Of a stretch of DNA of 64,000 nt, positions 19,852-29,821 are shown one piece after another; the first letter of the stretch is position 1, and the number at the start of each line of letters is the position of its first letter. Position numbers and translations under genes: made by a program. Below the pieces are notes generated by a model, which ran no database searches, was not told the origin of the DNA, and saw only the letters and a program-made list of their open reading frames with translations. Source of the stretch: Patescibacteria group bacterium (GTDB lineage Bacteria > Patescibacteriota > Dojkabacteria > JAKAPS01); assembly GCA_025450075.1 (NCBI GenBank), contig JANWIC010000009.1, positions 38,368 to 102,367 on the forward strand. Direction: 5' to 3'.

Positions 19852-20557
19852 ACTCCTTACTTTTTTCTTTAATGACTGATCTAAACCTAATTATTTCAGT
19901 AAGACGTAATCCTTTCCATTGTCCCATGAGCAAATCAACAACAAGAGCCAGAATGATTACTTCAGGATATTGCATCAGCAAATTACGGAAAATATGTGAA
20001 GTTATGATAAGAAAGATTATTGCAGCAGTCACGATTGTTTCCAGATAAAGTTTACGGGCTGCCTTAAATCCATTTTTTACTTGAGCTGTTAAATAAATAT
20101 CACTAAGGGTGATAAAAAGAATGACAGACATAGCCATCATATTTGCTTGTCCAACATCAGGAAGAGAAATGGTGAATGGCAGAATAAGCAAAAAAATAAT
20201 ACATATAAGTGTTACTAAGATTGCCATTCTAGGTAAATAATGGATACGAAGTTGTCGTGTTAAAAATCGTAGGATAATAGCTGAAAGGAATATCAGAAGT
20301 GATAAAAGAAAGCCTGGAATCAAACCAGTTCCTAAGAAAGCATAAGTTGCTATTACTGGTGCATAAGCTCCAAACATTTTTATTCCGATTACCTGACGTG
20401 AAAACGCAACAAACATCATTATTATAGGGAGCGATAACACATACATGACCAGCTGTTCGGAAATCTTACCATGAGCAGTAAGGAAGATAAAGAAGTTTGA
20501 CATAGTCCGGTTTTTATATAAGCGCCTCCTTATAGCATAAATGCGCAAAAGAAGCAA
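19844..20557 (-). CDS. polytopic membrane protein (7TM-like, RimK-cassette associated)
   Basis: 237 aa with ~6-7 hydrophobic helices. It overlaps the ATP-grasp-retropepsin gene by 8 nt. No transglutaminase domain is detected. The true start may be internal (MSNFF...). Confidence 0.45.
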   Translation of the reverse strand: MLLLRIYAIRRRLYKNRTMSNFFIFLTAHGKISEQLVMYVLSLPIIMMFVAFSRQVIGIKMFGAYAPVIATYAFLGTGLIPGFLLSLLIFLSAIILRFLTRQLRIHYLPRMAILVTLICIIFLLILPFTISLPDVGQANMMAMSVILFITLSDIYLTAQVKNGFKAARKLYLETIVTAAIIFLIITSHIFRNLLMQYPEVIILALVVDLLMGQWKGLRLTEIIRFRSVIKEKSKEYV

Positions 20558-20611
20558 GATAACGTGCCTATTATAGGCGTTTTACTGGGGATTTTCTATA
20601 TAACAGTATAG

Positions 20612-21736
20612 TTAATTGATATAGTCTTTAAGGGCTTTTTCTACGTCCTTACTCTTTAATCTTTTCAGTGCTTTAGATTCAATTTGTCGGATACGTTCTC
20701 TCGTGACATTGAATTCATGTCCAACTTCTTCAAGAGTACGAGCAATTCCATCCTTCAGCCCGAATCTGAGTTCTAACACTCTTCGTTCTCTGTCGTTAAG
20801 TTTGTCAAGAATTTCTTCAACCTGGCTTTTCAGGAATGCATAGTTTGCCTGTTCCATTGGGGACATGCTTTCTTCATCTGCAATTATATCTCCTAGGTTG
20901 CTATTACTATCTTCACCGATACGTGCCTCAAGGGATGTTGGAACTTGGGAAATCTTTAAAATTTCATAGACTTTTTCTTCAGGAACCTGCATATATTTTG
21001 CAATTTCACTTGTACTGGGTTTTCTCTCCAGTTTAATGGAAAGCTCGTTCACTGCCCGTGATAGTTGATTAATTGTTTCAATCATATGTACAGGAACTCG
21101 TATAGTTCGAGCCTGGTCAGCAATTGCTCTTGTTATAGCCTGTCTAATCCACCAGGTTGCATAAGTAGAAAATTTATATCCTTTTTTGTAGTCGAATTTC
21201 TCAACAGCACGCATTAACCCAAGATTTCCTTCTTGAATAAGGTCAAGAAGATCAAGTCCTCTTCTTGAGTATTTCTTTGCGATACTCACAACAAGTCTAA
21301 GGTTAGCAGTAGTTAAGTGTGCGGCTGATTCTTTATCTCCTTTTTCAATACGTTTTGCAAGAATAATTTCTTCTTCAGCTGTCAATAATGGAATTCTGCC
21401 AATCTCATGGAGATAAGCACGAATTGGGTCAGTTGCGATATTTGCCTGGATACTTTTAAGGATTTTAATCTTTTTTTCAAGGGTCATTCCTTCATTATCA
21501 CTGTTTTTACCGGTTTTCGGTCGTGCAGCTTCATCTTCTTCAGATAATCCTATGACTTCAATTTCTTGGTCATAAAGCCGAGACAAAAGCTCATCAACTT
21601 CGACAATATATTCTTCTATCTCAGGAAATGCTTTATATATCTCTTCTTGAGTCAGAAAACCCTTTCGTATAGCTTCTTGAGCCAGTGCATTAATCTTGTC
21701 TTCATCTCTCTTTTTGATTTTGTAAGTTGATTGCAT
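20612..21736 (-). CDS. rpoD: RNA polymerase sigma-70 factor RpoD
   Basis: Region 2-4 motifs: '[54 protein letters not shown]' and a C-terminal HTH '[27 protein letters not shown]'. Start taken at MQSTYK (21736); the track ORF extends to 21778 with a non-ATG start. Confidence 0.88.
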   Translation of the reverse strand: MQSTYKIKKRDEDKINALAQEAIRKGFLTQEEIYKAFPEIEEYIVEVDELLSRLYDQEIEVIGLSEEDEAARPKTGKNSDNEGMTLEKKIKILKSIQANIATDPIRAYLHEIGRIPLLTAEEEIILAKRIEKGDKESAAHLTTANLRLVVSIAKKYSRRGLDLLDLIQEGNLGLMRAVEKFDYKKGYKFSTYATWWIRQAITRAIADQARTIRVPVHMIETINQLSRAVNELSIKLERKPSTSEIAKYMQVPEEKVYEILKISQVPTSLEARIGEDSNSNLGDIIADEESMSPMEQANYAFLKSQVEEILDKLNDRERRVLELRFGLKDGIARTLEEVGHEFNVTRERIRQIESKALKRLKSKDVEKALKDYIN

Positions 21737-21795
21737 AATGGGGATTTTTCTGATAATGTTAGTATGTATTATATACAAAAAAACCCAATCTGTCC

Positions 21796-22671
21796 ATGTA
21801 TTTTGCCAAGTCTAGAAAAGCCCTGCTCCTATCTCTACAGAAAATACGCCATCAGCGAGCCTTCCTCATCATGGCATTTTGTCTTTCTATTTTTGGTTCA
21901 AGCTACCAGGGATATGAGTTTTTCAGGCTACATATGCTATCAGCAATTTTATCCTTATCTATACAGGCAAAGATTGCCTTCGTAATCTGGGAAATTGTTT
22001 CCTGGCTAGTATCCTTTATCCTAGGCGCAATAGTGATCCCTTCCTTTATCCTTATGGTTTATCAGCAGGATGTTGAACATACCTCTATTAATTTCCATGA
22101 AATTTTTAGAAAATCCAAAGATATATCATATCGCTTTATTGTTCTTCTATTTTCATATTATAACATCATATTTATCATCGCTGGAGGAGGTTTGTTGGTC
22201 GCAGTACTTGCAACAATTAATAATATCTATTATGGAAAAGACATAATTACTGTTTATGACTTAACAAGCAATATGCCAATAACTCTTACCTTTATCTCAT
22301 TAGGAGTTATTGCAGCATCAGTGATTTCCTTACTGTTTAATCTTATATCACAAATTATTGTACTTGAATCAAAGGAAGTTGTGGAATCAATCATCCAGGG
22401 ATTTAAGTTTTTCAATAATAACTTGGCATATATCCTTTCTGCATGGGTGCTTTTAAACCTTGCTTGCTTAATACCTTTATGTGTTCTTAGTGTCCTTCTC
22501 CATATCATCACCCTTCTGGCATTCCATTCAACGTTTTTTGCTACATTTGGTCTTTATCTAGGGTTGATTTCTTTCTTAGTAATATATACATTTGTTATTG
22601 CTCTTTCTAATATTTATTGGACAGAAATATACCTGAATATTAAGGGAAAGATCAGTTTATATACCCCGTAG
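21796..22671 (+). CDS. hypothetical polytopic membrane protein
   Basis: 291 aa, ~7 TM, no motif. Divergent from rpoD. Confidence 0.4.
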   Translation: MYFAKSRKALLLSLQKIRHQRAFLIMAFCLSIFGSSYQGYEFFRLHMLSAILSLSIQAKIAFVIWEIVSWLVSFILGAIVIPSFILMVYQQDVEHTSINFHEIFRKSKDISYRFIVLLFSYYNIIFIIAGGGLLVAVLATINNIYYGKDIITVYDLTSNMPITLTFISLGVIAASVISLLFNLISQIIVLESKEVVESIIQGFKFFNNNLAYILSAWVLLNLACLIPLCVLSVLLHIITLLAFHSTFFATFGLYLGLISFLVIYTFVIALSNIYWTEIYLNIKGKISLYTP

Positions 22672-23167
22672 GATCTACAATCATATATTTCCCATCAACT
22701 TTTTTATATATTTGATAATGGACATGCGCACCTGTAATACAAACACCCAATTCACCTGATTCTCCCATTGTGGCGACATTTTCACCATAACTGACATGTG
22801 ATTGATTTGGAACTAAAAAGGATGCAATGTGCCCAAGATAGACGATAAACTGAGGATTAATAATAATTATGGCATTTCCTGAACATTGTTCTGAATAATG
22901 GTAAGCAATTCCTGAAATGGTGCTATGTAATATGACAGGATTTTTATATGGTGGAGCAGGTATTAAATCTATTCCTGTATGCTCTTTGTGAAATATTTTT
23001 ACATACGAAGGATCATGATATCCTGCTGTTATAATAAATGCTCCAGGAAGAGGCACCCCATTAGGGATAAACTGAGAAGTAGTCGAAAAAGATTTTGGTT
23101 GAGAAGAAGGAAGTGAAATAATGAAAAGTATTGCAAAACATGTTATAAGACTTGCAATCTTTTTCAT
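22652..23167 (-). CDS. M23-family (LytM-type) metallopeptidase, secreted
   Basis: Signal-peptide-like N-terminus. 'EHTGIDL' (HxxxD) and 'GAHVHYQIY' (HxH) are the M23 zinc ligand motifs. Confidence 0.7.
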   Translation of the reverse strand: MKKIASLITCFAILFIISLPSSQPKSFSTTSQFIPNGVPLPGAFIITAGYHDPSYVKIFHKEHTGIDLIPAPPYKNPVILHSTISGIAYHYSEQCSGNAIIIINPQFIVYLGHIASFLVPNQSHVSYGENVATMGESGELGVCITGAHVHYQIYKKVDGKYMIVDPTGYIN

Positions 23168-23169
23168 CT

Positions 23170-23715
23170 TTAAGTCGTAAGGGTGCCGGATATTGCATAG
23201 ATACTGTAACGTTCGACAATTTCAATAGTCATATGACCATTAATTGGAAAGGACACATTAGTCACACCGTTTAGATTGGTTGGAGGTATAGGAATATCTC
23301 TGTTGTTTGCATGTATTATTCCAGTGGCATTTGACAATGGATTTCCTGAATTATCAAAAAGCGAAATGGTTAAGTTTAATACATCATTTGAGATATTGGC
23401 TTTCATTCCCATATTAATATCATATGGATGTTGAGGAGCTATTGAGGAGTTTAGGGCAGCTGAGGCGGTATTGAGGAAAATGGAAGGCACTGGCTTCCAT
23501 GAGAGGTAATACTGGTGAGGAGTAGGTATAGGTGTTGAAGTAGGAAGCAGCACATGATAATGCTGTATGAAAAGAAAGCTTACCTCATTTGCGGCAGAAA
23601 CCACTTCATGATTAGGAAGAGAAATATGGCTTAATCCAAGGGTAAGAGTAGGTAAAGCAAGTAATAAGCTAAATCCACGTAATCTATTCGGTTTATAATC
23701 TGATTTAGAAAACAT
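23170..23715 (-). CDS. hypothetical secreted protein
   Basis: 181 aa with an N-terminal hydrophobic signal-like segment 'LLLALPTLTLGLS'. No motif. Confidence 0.4.
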   Translation of the reverse strand: MFSKSDYKPNRLRGFSLLLALPTLTLGLSHISLPNHEVVSAANEVSFLFIQHYHVLLPTSTPIPTPHQYYLSWKPVPSIFLNTASAALNSSIAPQHPYDINMGMKANISNDVLNLTISLFDNSGNPLSNATGIIHANNRDIPIPPTNLNGVTNVSFPINGHMTIEIVERYSIYAISGTLTT

Positions 23716-24577
23716 GATTAAACATTCCCTTTAATAAATTAATAAGCTTAAGAATATGGTCCAATATATTGGCGAATGATGCTTCTGATACTGGGGGATT
23801 ATTCCTTTGGGCAACCATTGTTTCAAAAAGTGTAGGTTTTGGTTTGGTGGATGAAGGAGAAGCAATACCCGTACTATCAGTTGGGAATGGAGGATGGAGG
23901 ATAGTAAGGGCACTAGGTATTATTGCTATAGTTGAATTGCCGTTTTCAATCTGAATGGGAAAAGTGCCAGAACCAATTCGAGGAAAAGTTGCTTGTATAG
24001 ATCCACAATAATAAATAGGGCATGATGAGTCCAGTTTTGCTTGTTCAACCTGGCCTTGGACTTCAATATATAAGTCATCTTGATTGTACTCTCGAAAATT
24101 AATTGCATCATTTGTACTTGAAAAAGTGAGTGTTATAGCATCATTTTCATCTTTGTTTACTGAATAAATAAGATCCTTTACAACTGGAGATAAGAGGATA
24201 TGTGTTGTCACTTCTGAGAAGTTCTCAGCATATCCTTGTCCATCATTATCATCAAATATCGCTAGATCAGTATCTGGATTATATGAGGTTGTTGTGCTCA
24301 TCGGCTGGTATGCAAAAATATAATATGAATTTGCAGGAAGATCTGAAAAGGTTGCAATATACTTTTTAAAATGGTCGCTGTAAATTGCCTCAACGGTTTG
24401 AGTAGGTTGTTTATCAGCAGAGTAGGGCATTGAATAGATGCTTGCCCAAACGGGAGAAGTATTTGGTGTAAAGAAATAAAAGCTTGCTGTTTGTTGTGCA
24501 GCAACTTCTTGAGTTGAGACAAGAAATACCACAACAACGAAAATGAGTAAAGTACTCAATTTCATAAAATTATACAA
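23705..24577 (-). CDS. hypothetical secreted protein
   Basis: 290 aa with a signal peptide 'MKLSTLLIFVVVVFLVSTQEVAAQ'. No catalytic motif. Confidence 0.4.
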   Translation of the reverse strand: MYNFMKLSTLLIFVVVVFLVSTQEVAAQQTASFYFFTPNTSPVWASIYSMPYSADKQPTQTVEAIYSDHFKKYIATFSDLPANSYYIFAYQPMSTTTSYNPDTDLAIFDDNDGQGYAENFSEVTTHILLSPVVKDLIYSVNKDENDAITLTFSSTNDAINFREYNQDDLYIEVQGQVEQAKLDSSCPIYYCGSIQATFPRIGSGTFPIQIENGNSTIAIIPSALTILHPPFPTDSTGIASPSSTKPKPTLFETMVAQRNNPPVSEASFANILDHILKLINLLKGMFNHVF

Positions 24578-24736
24578 TTAGGGGGAAATGTAGCTTCAGG
24601 CAGCTTCACTATCTTCGATTCCAAACTGGAGTATAATCAATGCTTAGGTCTATGTCAAAATACCCTCAAAATATATTTATACATCAATGTAAAAAGTATT
24701 AACCGCCTTCGACAATAGCTATGGGATAGATATTTA

Positions 24737-24765
24737 TTGCATAACAACGATATTTTTGATATACT
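24737..24765 (+). promoter_or_regulatory. sigma-70-like promoter upstream of rpsT (TTGCAT-17 nt-TATACT)
   Basis: TTGCAT at 24737-24742, a 17-nt spacer, TATACT at 24760-24765, ~25 nt upstream of the rpsT ATG. Confidence 0.35.
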
Positions 24766-24789
24766 CCCTACGTATTATTACATTCACTC

Positions 24790-25026
24790 ATGGCAAATAT
24801 AAAAGCAGCAAAGAAAGATATTCGAAAGACACAAAGAAGAACTATTCGAAATAAGAAGCTATATGCTGAACTTGATAAAGCAGTAAAGCATGTTCGAAGC
24901 AAAAAAGATGGTGCATTAAATGAAGTATACTCAATTCTTGATAAAATGGTCGGTCGCGGTGTTATTAAGAAAAATGCTGCTGCACGAAAGAAATCAAGAA
25001 TCACTTCAAAGACAAACAATGTCTAA
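24790..25026 (+). CDS. rpsT: 30S ribosomal protein S20
   Basis: 'MANIKAAKKDIRKTQRRTIRNKKLYAELDKAVKHV' has typical S20 N-terminal basic helices. 78 aa. Confidence 0.9.
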   Translation: MANIKAAKKDIRKTQRRTIRNKKLYAELDKAVKHVRSKKDGALNEVYSILDKMVGRGVIKKNAAARKKSRITSKTNNV

Positions 25027-25552
25027 ATCGTTAATACGGCTTGTTGATGAAGCAATTTTGCCGGCGTTTCTAATCATCGGGTTAAAAGCAATTGCAATTG
25101 CTGGGGTTAATAATATTCTCTCCTTATCGTACTATTATCAAAACTTTGGAAAGATCTATTATCCGAAGCCATTTGATGCTCTTCTCGTAAACACCTATTC
25201 AGACTTCTTCGTCTTCTTCCTATTCTTTTTATGTATTGCAGTTATTTTAATCAAACTATTGTATTTTAGTGACAATAAGACAAATCCTTCAATTATTCTC
25301 AAACTGGCAAAAGCAAATAAAATGCATTTTATACAAACTTCTCTTGAAATTTACCATATACTTTTTGTATGGATGGTATTTTTTACCGGGATTGTAGTAT
25401 ACATCCTCATTCGTGTCATTTATTTTATTGATTATCCCCTCATTATTCTTCCTATTGCAGTTATTTACATGACTGTTATCTGGGTAATTATCAAAGAAGT
25501 AGAGAGAGATATCATCAAGCGATTAGAATTTGGTAAGCAAAACCTCGTTTAA
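25019..25552 (+). CDS. hypothetical membrane protein
   Basis: ~177 aa from ATG 25019 (MSKSLIRL...), which overlaps the rpsT stop. 4 TM. The track ORF start 24920 lies inside rpsT and is unlikely. Confidence 0.4.
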   Translation: MSKSLIRLVDEAILPAFLIIGLKAIAIAGVNNILSLSYYYQNFGKIYYPKPFDALLVNTYSDFFVFFLFFLCIAVILIKLLYFSDNKTNPSIILKLAKANKMHFIQTSLEIYHILFVWMVFFTGIVVYILIRVIYFIDYPLIILPIAVIYMTVIWVIIKEVERDIIKRLEFGKQNLV

Positions 25553-25616
25553 TCAATTCAAATTGACTTCTATTTGTATACGAATTAATATCAAAACAAT
25601 ATAATTAGTTACTACA

Positions 25617-26129
25617 ATGACAGAAGAAAATCCAGGAGGTTCAGAGATCTCACAAGAAATGCGTAATGTATTAAGAGCGGTAGGGGTGGCTGATCCTTGG
25701 GCATTTGCTACAAGATACGAAAAACTCTCTCCCCTTGAACAAGAAATGGGTATAAGTATTAATCCTGAGCTTTTTGACAGTAATACAGATAAAGCATTTC
25801 AATTTGATGTATGGACACGAAGCGGGGTTCAATTTAGAGCAATTTTTGGACATTCTCGATTAGCTGTAAATCAAAATAAAACCCCTTCTTTACAAGAGTA
25901 TATCATTGGTGCGGTCGCAACTATCGGAAATAATGGACAGTTTGAAGTGGGATCTTCAAGTTTATTTGTATTAAACTTAAAGTCAAGAACTCCATACAAG
26001 GACATGCTAAAAATGTATCCTGCAGCGTGTAAGAAGCTTGCTGCACTTGCAGGTATTGAAACTCCACGAAATTCTAGTGGATTAAAAATGTTATTCGAAA
26101 TACTGGGAGCTGAGTTTCATAGGATATGA
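25617..26129 (+). CDS. hypothetical protein, member 1 of a three-gene paralogous family
   Basis: 170 aa, soluble. Shares a C-terminal block ('...GSSSLFVLNLKS..YKDMLKMYPAACKKLAALAGIE') with the next two ORFs. Confidence 0.45.
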   Translation: MTEENPGGSEISQEMRNVLRAVGVADPWAFATRYEKLSPLEQEMGISINPELFDSNTDKAFQFDVWTRSGVQFRAIFGHSRLAVNQNKTPSLQEYIIGAVATIGNNGQFEVGSSSLFVLNLKSRTPYKDMLKMYPAACKKLAALAGIETPRNSSGLKMLFEILGAEFHRI

Positions 26130-26180
26130 ATTCCTTAGAACATAATGTTAGAAATTCAACTGTAAAGATATCATAAATAA

Positions 26181-26624
26181 TTGTATAGTAAGGTATATTA
26201 TTTAATACTTATGAGAGTTACTTCTCCAGATGCTTCGAGTACATCCCCTGAAACTATTGATTTTGAAAGTTTATTACAGCAAGCAATACAGGATCCTGAA
26301 GGCTTTATTGCTCAAGGTGGATTTATTTTTACTGATAATTCTACAACAATAATTGCAGTAAGAAGCAATGCGGGAGAAACGGAGGAGGTATCCGGTATCA
26401 TATCAAGGAGAGAACATGATACAGAGTTACATGAAGTCTTTCAGATCGAAAAAGGAAAGATACTTTTCTTTATGGAGAATTATCCCAATGCCTATCGTTT
26501 ACTTATATTAATGGCTTATGAAGGTGTAGGTAGAAAAGTACATTTCTCTCGTGATGATCACATTCCACCTCTTGGATATCTTGTAATAGAAGTTTTAGAT
26601 GATATAAAACTATTTGAAGGCTAA
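26181..26624 (+). CDS. hypothetical protein, member 2 of a three-gene paralogous family
   Basis: 147 aa. Block 'EEVSGIISRREHDTELHEVF...FFMENYPNAYRLLILMAYEGVG' aligns with members 1 and 3. Confidence 0.45.
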   Translation: MYSKVYYLILMRVTSPDASSTSPETIDFESLLQQAIQDPEGFIAQGGFIFTDNSTTIIAVRSNAGETEEVSGIISRREHDTELHEVFQIEKGKILFFMENYPNAYRLLILMAYEGVGRKVHFSRDDHIPPLGYLVIEVLDDIKLFEG

Positions 26625-26677
26625 AGATATACTTATTTCATGTGTTTGTTGACATAAGTATTGCTACCGGATAGTAT

Positions 26678-27736
26678 GTGAATAATTATCTCATACATTT
26701 TTCTATGGATCCTATTCCAGATAACCCTCATATTGATTCCGTAGAACAAACAACTATAGGTGGAGGGCAATCTTTAGCTGAAGTACTTTCTTCTAAAATT
26801 GAAAGACATGATGGTGATTCTCTTAGATTGTTATTTAGTGGACTATTACACCAACTTCGATCCGATGAACTTCCTCCCGAATATGGATTTGAAGATTTTG
26901 ATGATGAATTTTTATTTTCAATAAGATATCTTGAAGGAAGCGGGAGAAGGCTATATATAGCGAATAGGATAAGGGTATTTGATAAGGACGGAGTTGCATC
27001 AGATAATGAAGAAGTTGATGTTATTGGAGTAGTGGGAAGTGTAAATAGTAGCGGTGATTTAAAAGAATTGCATAATTTTGAATTTCATGCATTTGGTCAT
27101 GGAACAGGAGATTACATGGAATTGGTAAATCAATATCCTGAAGCATGTAGAGATATTATTGATTTGGTACTTGGAATAGAAGATGATTTAGAAGTATTCG
27201 CTATGGAATATCTCATTGCGAAAGCATTTACAGAAGCATTGGTATATACACCACATCCTCTACAACGTTTGACACAATTGATTTCATATGTGCCTGAAAG
27301 TTTACGGATTGGAAATCCTGATTTGTATTACTATATAGCGGAACATATATTTAAATCCATTTCCCCAGATTCATATATATTTGGAGATGAAGGCCATGGA
27401 ATATACTTTCAAATAGAAGTAATTAAAGGGAGAAAGCCTTGCTTTCTAATACATATTATAAATGAAAATTATAACAATTTGGCCATAATTGTCATTCATG
27501 AAATGCAAGATGGAAATTTACCCATATACGAATTCAAAGGATTTATAGATATCAATGAAATTTTATTGAACGGCAACAATTTGAATGTTCCTCAAAAACA
27601 AATAAGATTTTTAATGAAATTAGCCGGAATACAATCAAGAAATAGAAGAAAACTTACAAAGCAAGATCTTTTGGATGCATTACAAAAGTTAAAGATACGA
27701 GTTGTTGGTCAAGAACCAGGAATTGTAACGAACTAA
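26678..27736 (+). CDS. hypothetical protein, member 3 of a three-gene paralogous family (longer, C-terminal extension)
   Basis: 352 aa. Block 'EEVDVIGVVGSVNSSGDLKELHNFEFHAFGHGTGDYMELVNQYPEACRDIIDLVLGIE' aligns with members 1 and 2. The track start is a GTG; an in-frame ATG is at 26705. Confidence 0.45.
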   Translation: MNNYLIHFSMDPIPDNPHIDSVEQTTIGGGQSLAEVLSSKIERHDGDSLRLLFSGLLHQLRSDELPPEYGFEDFDDEFLFSIRYLEGSGRRLYIANRIRVFDKDGVASDNEEVDVIGVVGSVNSSGDLKELHNFEFHAFGHGTGDYMELVNQYPEACRDIIDLVLGIEDDLEVFAMEYLIAKAFTEALVYTPHPLQRLTQLISYVPESLRIGNPDLYYYIAEHIFKSISPDSYIFGDEGHGIYFQIEVIKGRKPCFLIHIINENYNNLAIIVIHEMQDGNLPIYEFKGFIDINEILLNGNNLNVPQKQIRFLMKLAGIQSRNRRKLTKQDLLDALQKLKIRVVGQEPGIVTN

Positions 27737-27776
27737 ATTTTTTGAAATTTGACATATGTAGAGTTTAATCCTCTAT

Positions 27777-28019
27777 TTACTTGTATTTTAGTGCGTTATT
27801 GTATAATATAGTAAGTAATAGCTGTAAGAATATGAAGATAATCACTGCCGTTTGTGAAGCATTATTACTAGTCGTACTATTTGCATTATTTACTGTTCCG
27901 TTTTTCTTCTTAAACAGCATGAGCGCCCATACAACAGGTAGTTCAGTTATTGCCCAGAATAATAGATAAATTAGATGTCGAACATCAGAAACTTTTGCAT
28001 CATTGCCCATATTGATCAT
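27777..28019 (-). CDS. hypothetical small membrane protein (weak)
   Basis: 80-aa ORF with one hydrophobic helix. It overlaps the lepA start, so it could be spurious. Confidence 0.2.
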   Translation of the reverse strand: MINMGNDAKVSDVRHLIYLLFWAITELPVVWALMLFKKKNGTVNNANSTTSNNASQTAVIIFIFLQLLLTILYNNALKYK

Positions 28020-29768
28020 GGGAAGTCAACCCTAGCCGACAGGCTGCTTGAAATTACTAAAACTGTTGATAAAAGGAAAATGCATGATCAGTATATGGAT
28101 ACGCTTGAACTGGAACAGGAACGTGGAATCACAATTAAGTTGCAAACTGCAAGGATGCACTATACCCTCAACAATGAAGAATATATCCTTAATCTAATTG
28201 ATACACCGGGACATGTAGATTTTGCCTACGAAGTATCTAGAAGCCTTGCTGCCTGCGAAGGAGCAATTTTGCTCGTGGATGCTACTCAAGGAATTGAAGC
28301 ACAAACATTAAGCACAGTTATGCAGGCGATTGACCATAATCTTGAGATAATACCTGTGCTGAATAAAATTGATTTACCGAATGCAGAGGTGCCACTTCGC
28401 TTAAAAGAAATGAAAGATATTCTAGGATTTAAAGAAGAAGAAGTACTTTGCGCATCCGGAAAAACTGGAGAAGGAGTTGAAGCTATTATTGAAAAGATTA
28501 TTGAAAAAATTCCAGCTCCAACAAAAGGAACTAATGATCATATCCGTGCTTTAGTATTCGATTCTTTTTATGATGAATTCAAAGGAGTAGTGTGTGTAGT
28601 GAAATTAACGGATAAAGGAATTACAGGACTTCCGAAACTCCAACTGTTAACCTCAAATACAACATTTTCACCATTAGAGATAGGGTATCTCACTCCATAC
28701 CAAGTAGTAGCAAAAGAAATTCATGAAGGAGAGGTAGGATATATTGCCACAGGATTAAAAGATATCCATACAGTAGGAGTAGGAGACACGATTTCGGATA
28801 ACGAATCTACTACACTTTTAGAAGGATATCGTAAAGTCAAACCTATGGTATATGCGGGTATTTATCCAATTGACGTCGATGATCAAAAAGAATTTAAAGA
28901 AGCCGTAGAAAAACTAAGCTTAAATGATGCAGCATTTAGTTATGAAAAGGAAAATAGTCCTGCTTTGGGATTCGGGTACAGATGCGGATTCTTGGGTTTG
29001 CTTCATATGGATATTATAAGGGAAAGACTGGAACGTGAATTCAATGCGGACATCCTAATGACTAGTCCAACAACAGAATATATCGTGAAGCGAAGAGGGA
29101 GTGATGATGAAGAAAAAATAATTACTACATCTGGTTTTATGGCAGAAGATGTTGAATATTTGAAAGAGCCGTGGGTGAGAATGGAAATATATACTCCCTC
29201 CCAATACATTGGCGATATTATGTCCTTATGTCATACAAAACGTGGGGAATATATTAATACCGAATATTTTGGTGATAAAGATTCAACACTCTCACGTGTC
29301 AGTATAGTATTTAATATCCCTCTTGCAGAGATTATTACGGACTTTTTTGATTCGCTGAAATCACAAACGCAAGGTTATGCTTCCATGGATTATGATTTTA
29401 TCGGGTATCGAGAATCGGATATTGTAAAGTTAGATATTGCAGTTAATTACCAGATAATTGATCCTCTCTCTATTTTTATCCATGCATCTCTTGCAGAAGA
29501 AAAAGGAAGGATATTAGTCAAACAATTAAAAGATATTATTCCAAAGCATCAATTTAAAGTTCCGATTCAGGCAATGATAGGATCTAAAATTCTTGCCAGA
29601 GAAGATATTCCTGCATTAAAAAAAGATGTTACTGCAAAATTATACGGTGGAGATATCAGTAGAAGAAAGAAATTATGGGAAAAACAGAAGCGTGGGAAAA
29701 AGAGATTAAAAGCATTTGGTAAGGTAGAGATCCCTCAAGAAGCATTTTTAGTAGCAAGCCGTGTATAG
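27975..29768 (+). CDS. lepA: elongation factor 4 (LepA)
   Basis: 'IRNFCIIAHIDHGKSTLADRLLE', 'DTPGHVDF', 'NKID', and the C-terminal LepA-specific domain. Confidence 0.95.
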   Translation: MSNIRNFCIIAHIDHGKSTLADRLLEITKTVDKRKMHDQYMDTLELEQERGITIKLQTARMHYTLNNEEYILNLIDTPGHVDFAYEVSRSLAACEGAILLVDATQGIEAQTLSTVMQAIDHNLEIIPVLNKIDLPNAEVPLRLKEMKDILGFKEEEVLCASGKTGEGVEAIIEKIIEKIPAPTKGTNDHIRALVFDSFYDEFKGVVCVVKLTDKGITGLPKLQLLTSNTTFSPLEIGYLTPYQVVAKEIHEGEVGYIATGLKDIHTVGVGDTISDNESTTLLEGYRKVKPMVYAGIYPIDVDDQKEFKEAVEKLSLNDAAFSYEKENSPALGFGYRCGFLGLLHMDIIRERLEREFNADILMTSPTTEYIVKRRGSDDEEKIITTSGFMAEDVEYLKEPWVRMEIYTPSQYIGDIMSLCHTKRGEYINTEYFGDKDSTLSRVSIVFNIPLAEIITDFFDSLKSQTQGYASMDYDFIGYRESDIVKLDIAVNYQIIDPLSIFIHASLAEEKGRILVKQLKDIIPKHQFKVPIQAMIGSKILAREDIPALKKDVTAKLYGGDISRRKKLWEKQKRGKKRLKAFGKVEIPQEAFLVASRV

Positions 29769-29821
29769 CGTTTCTATTCTCGAGTTATTATTGGTATAAT
29801 ACAGATAATAGGGAAAAATGC

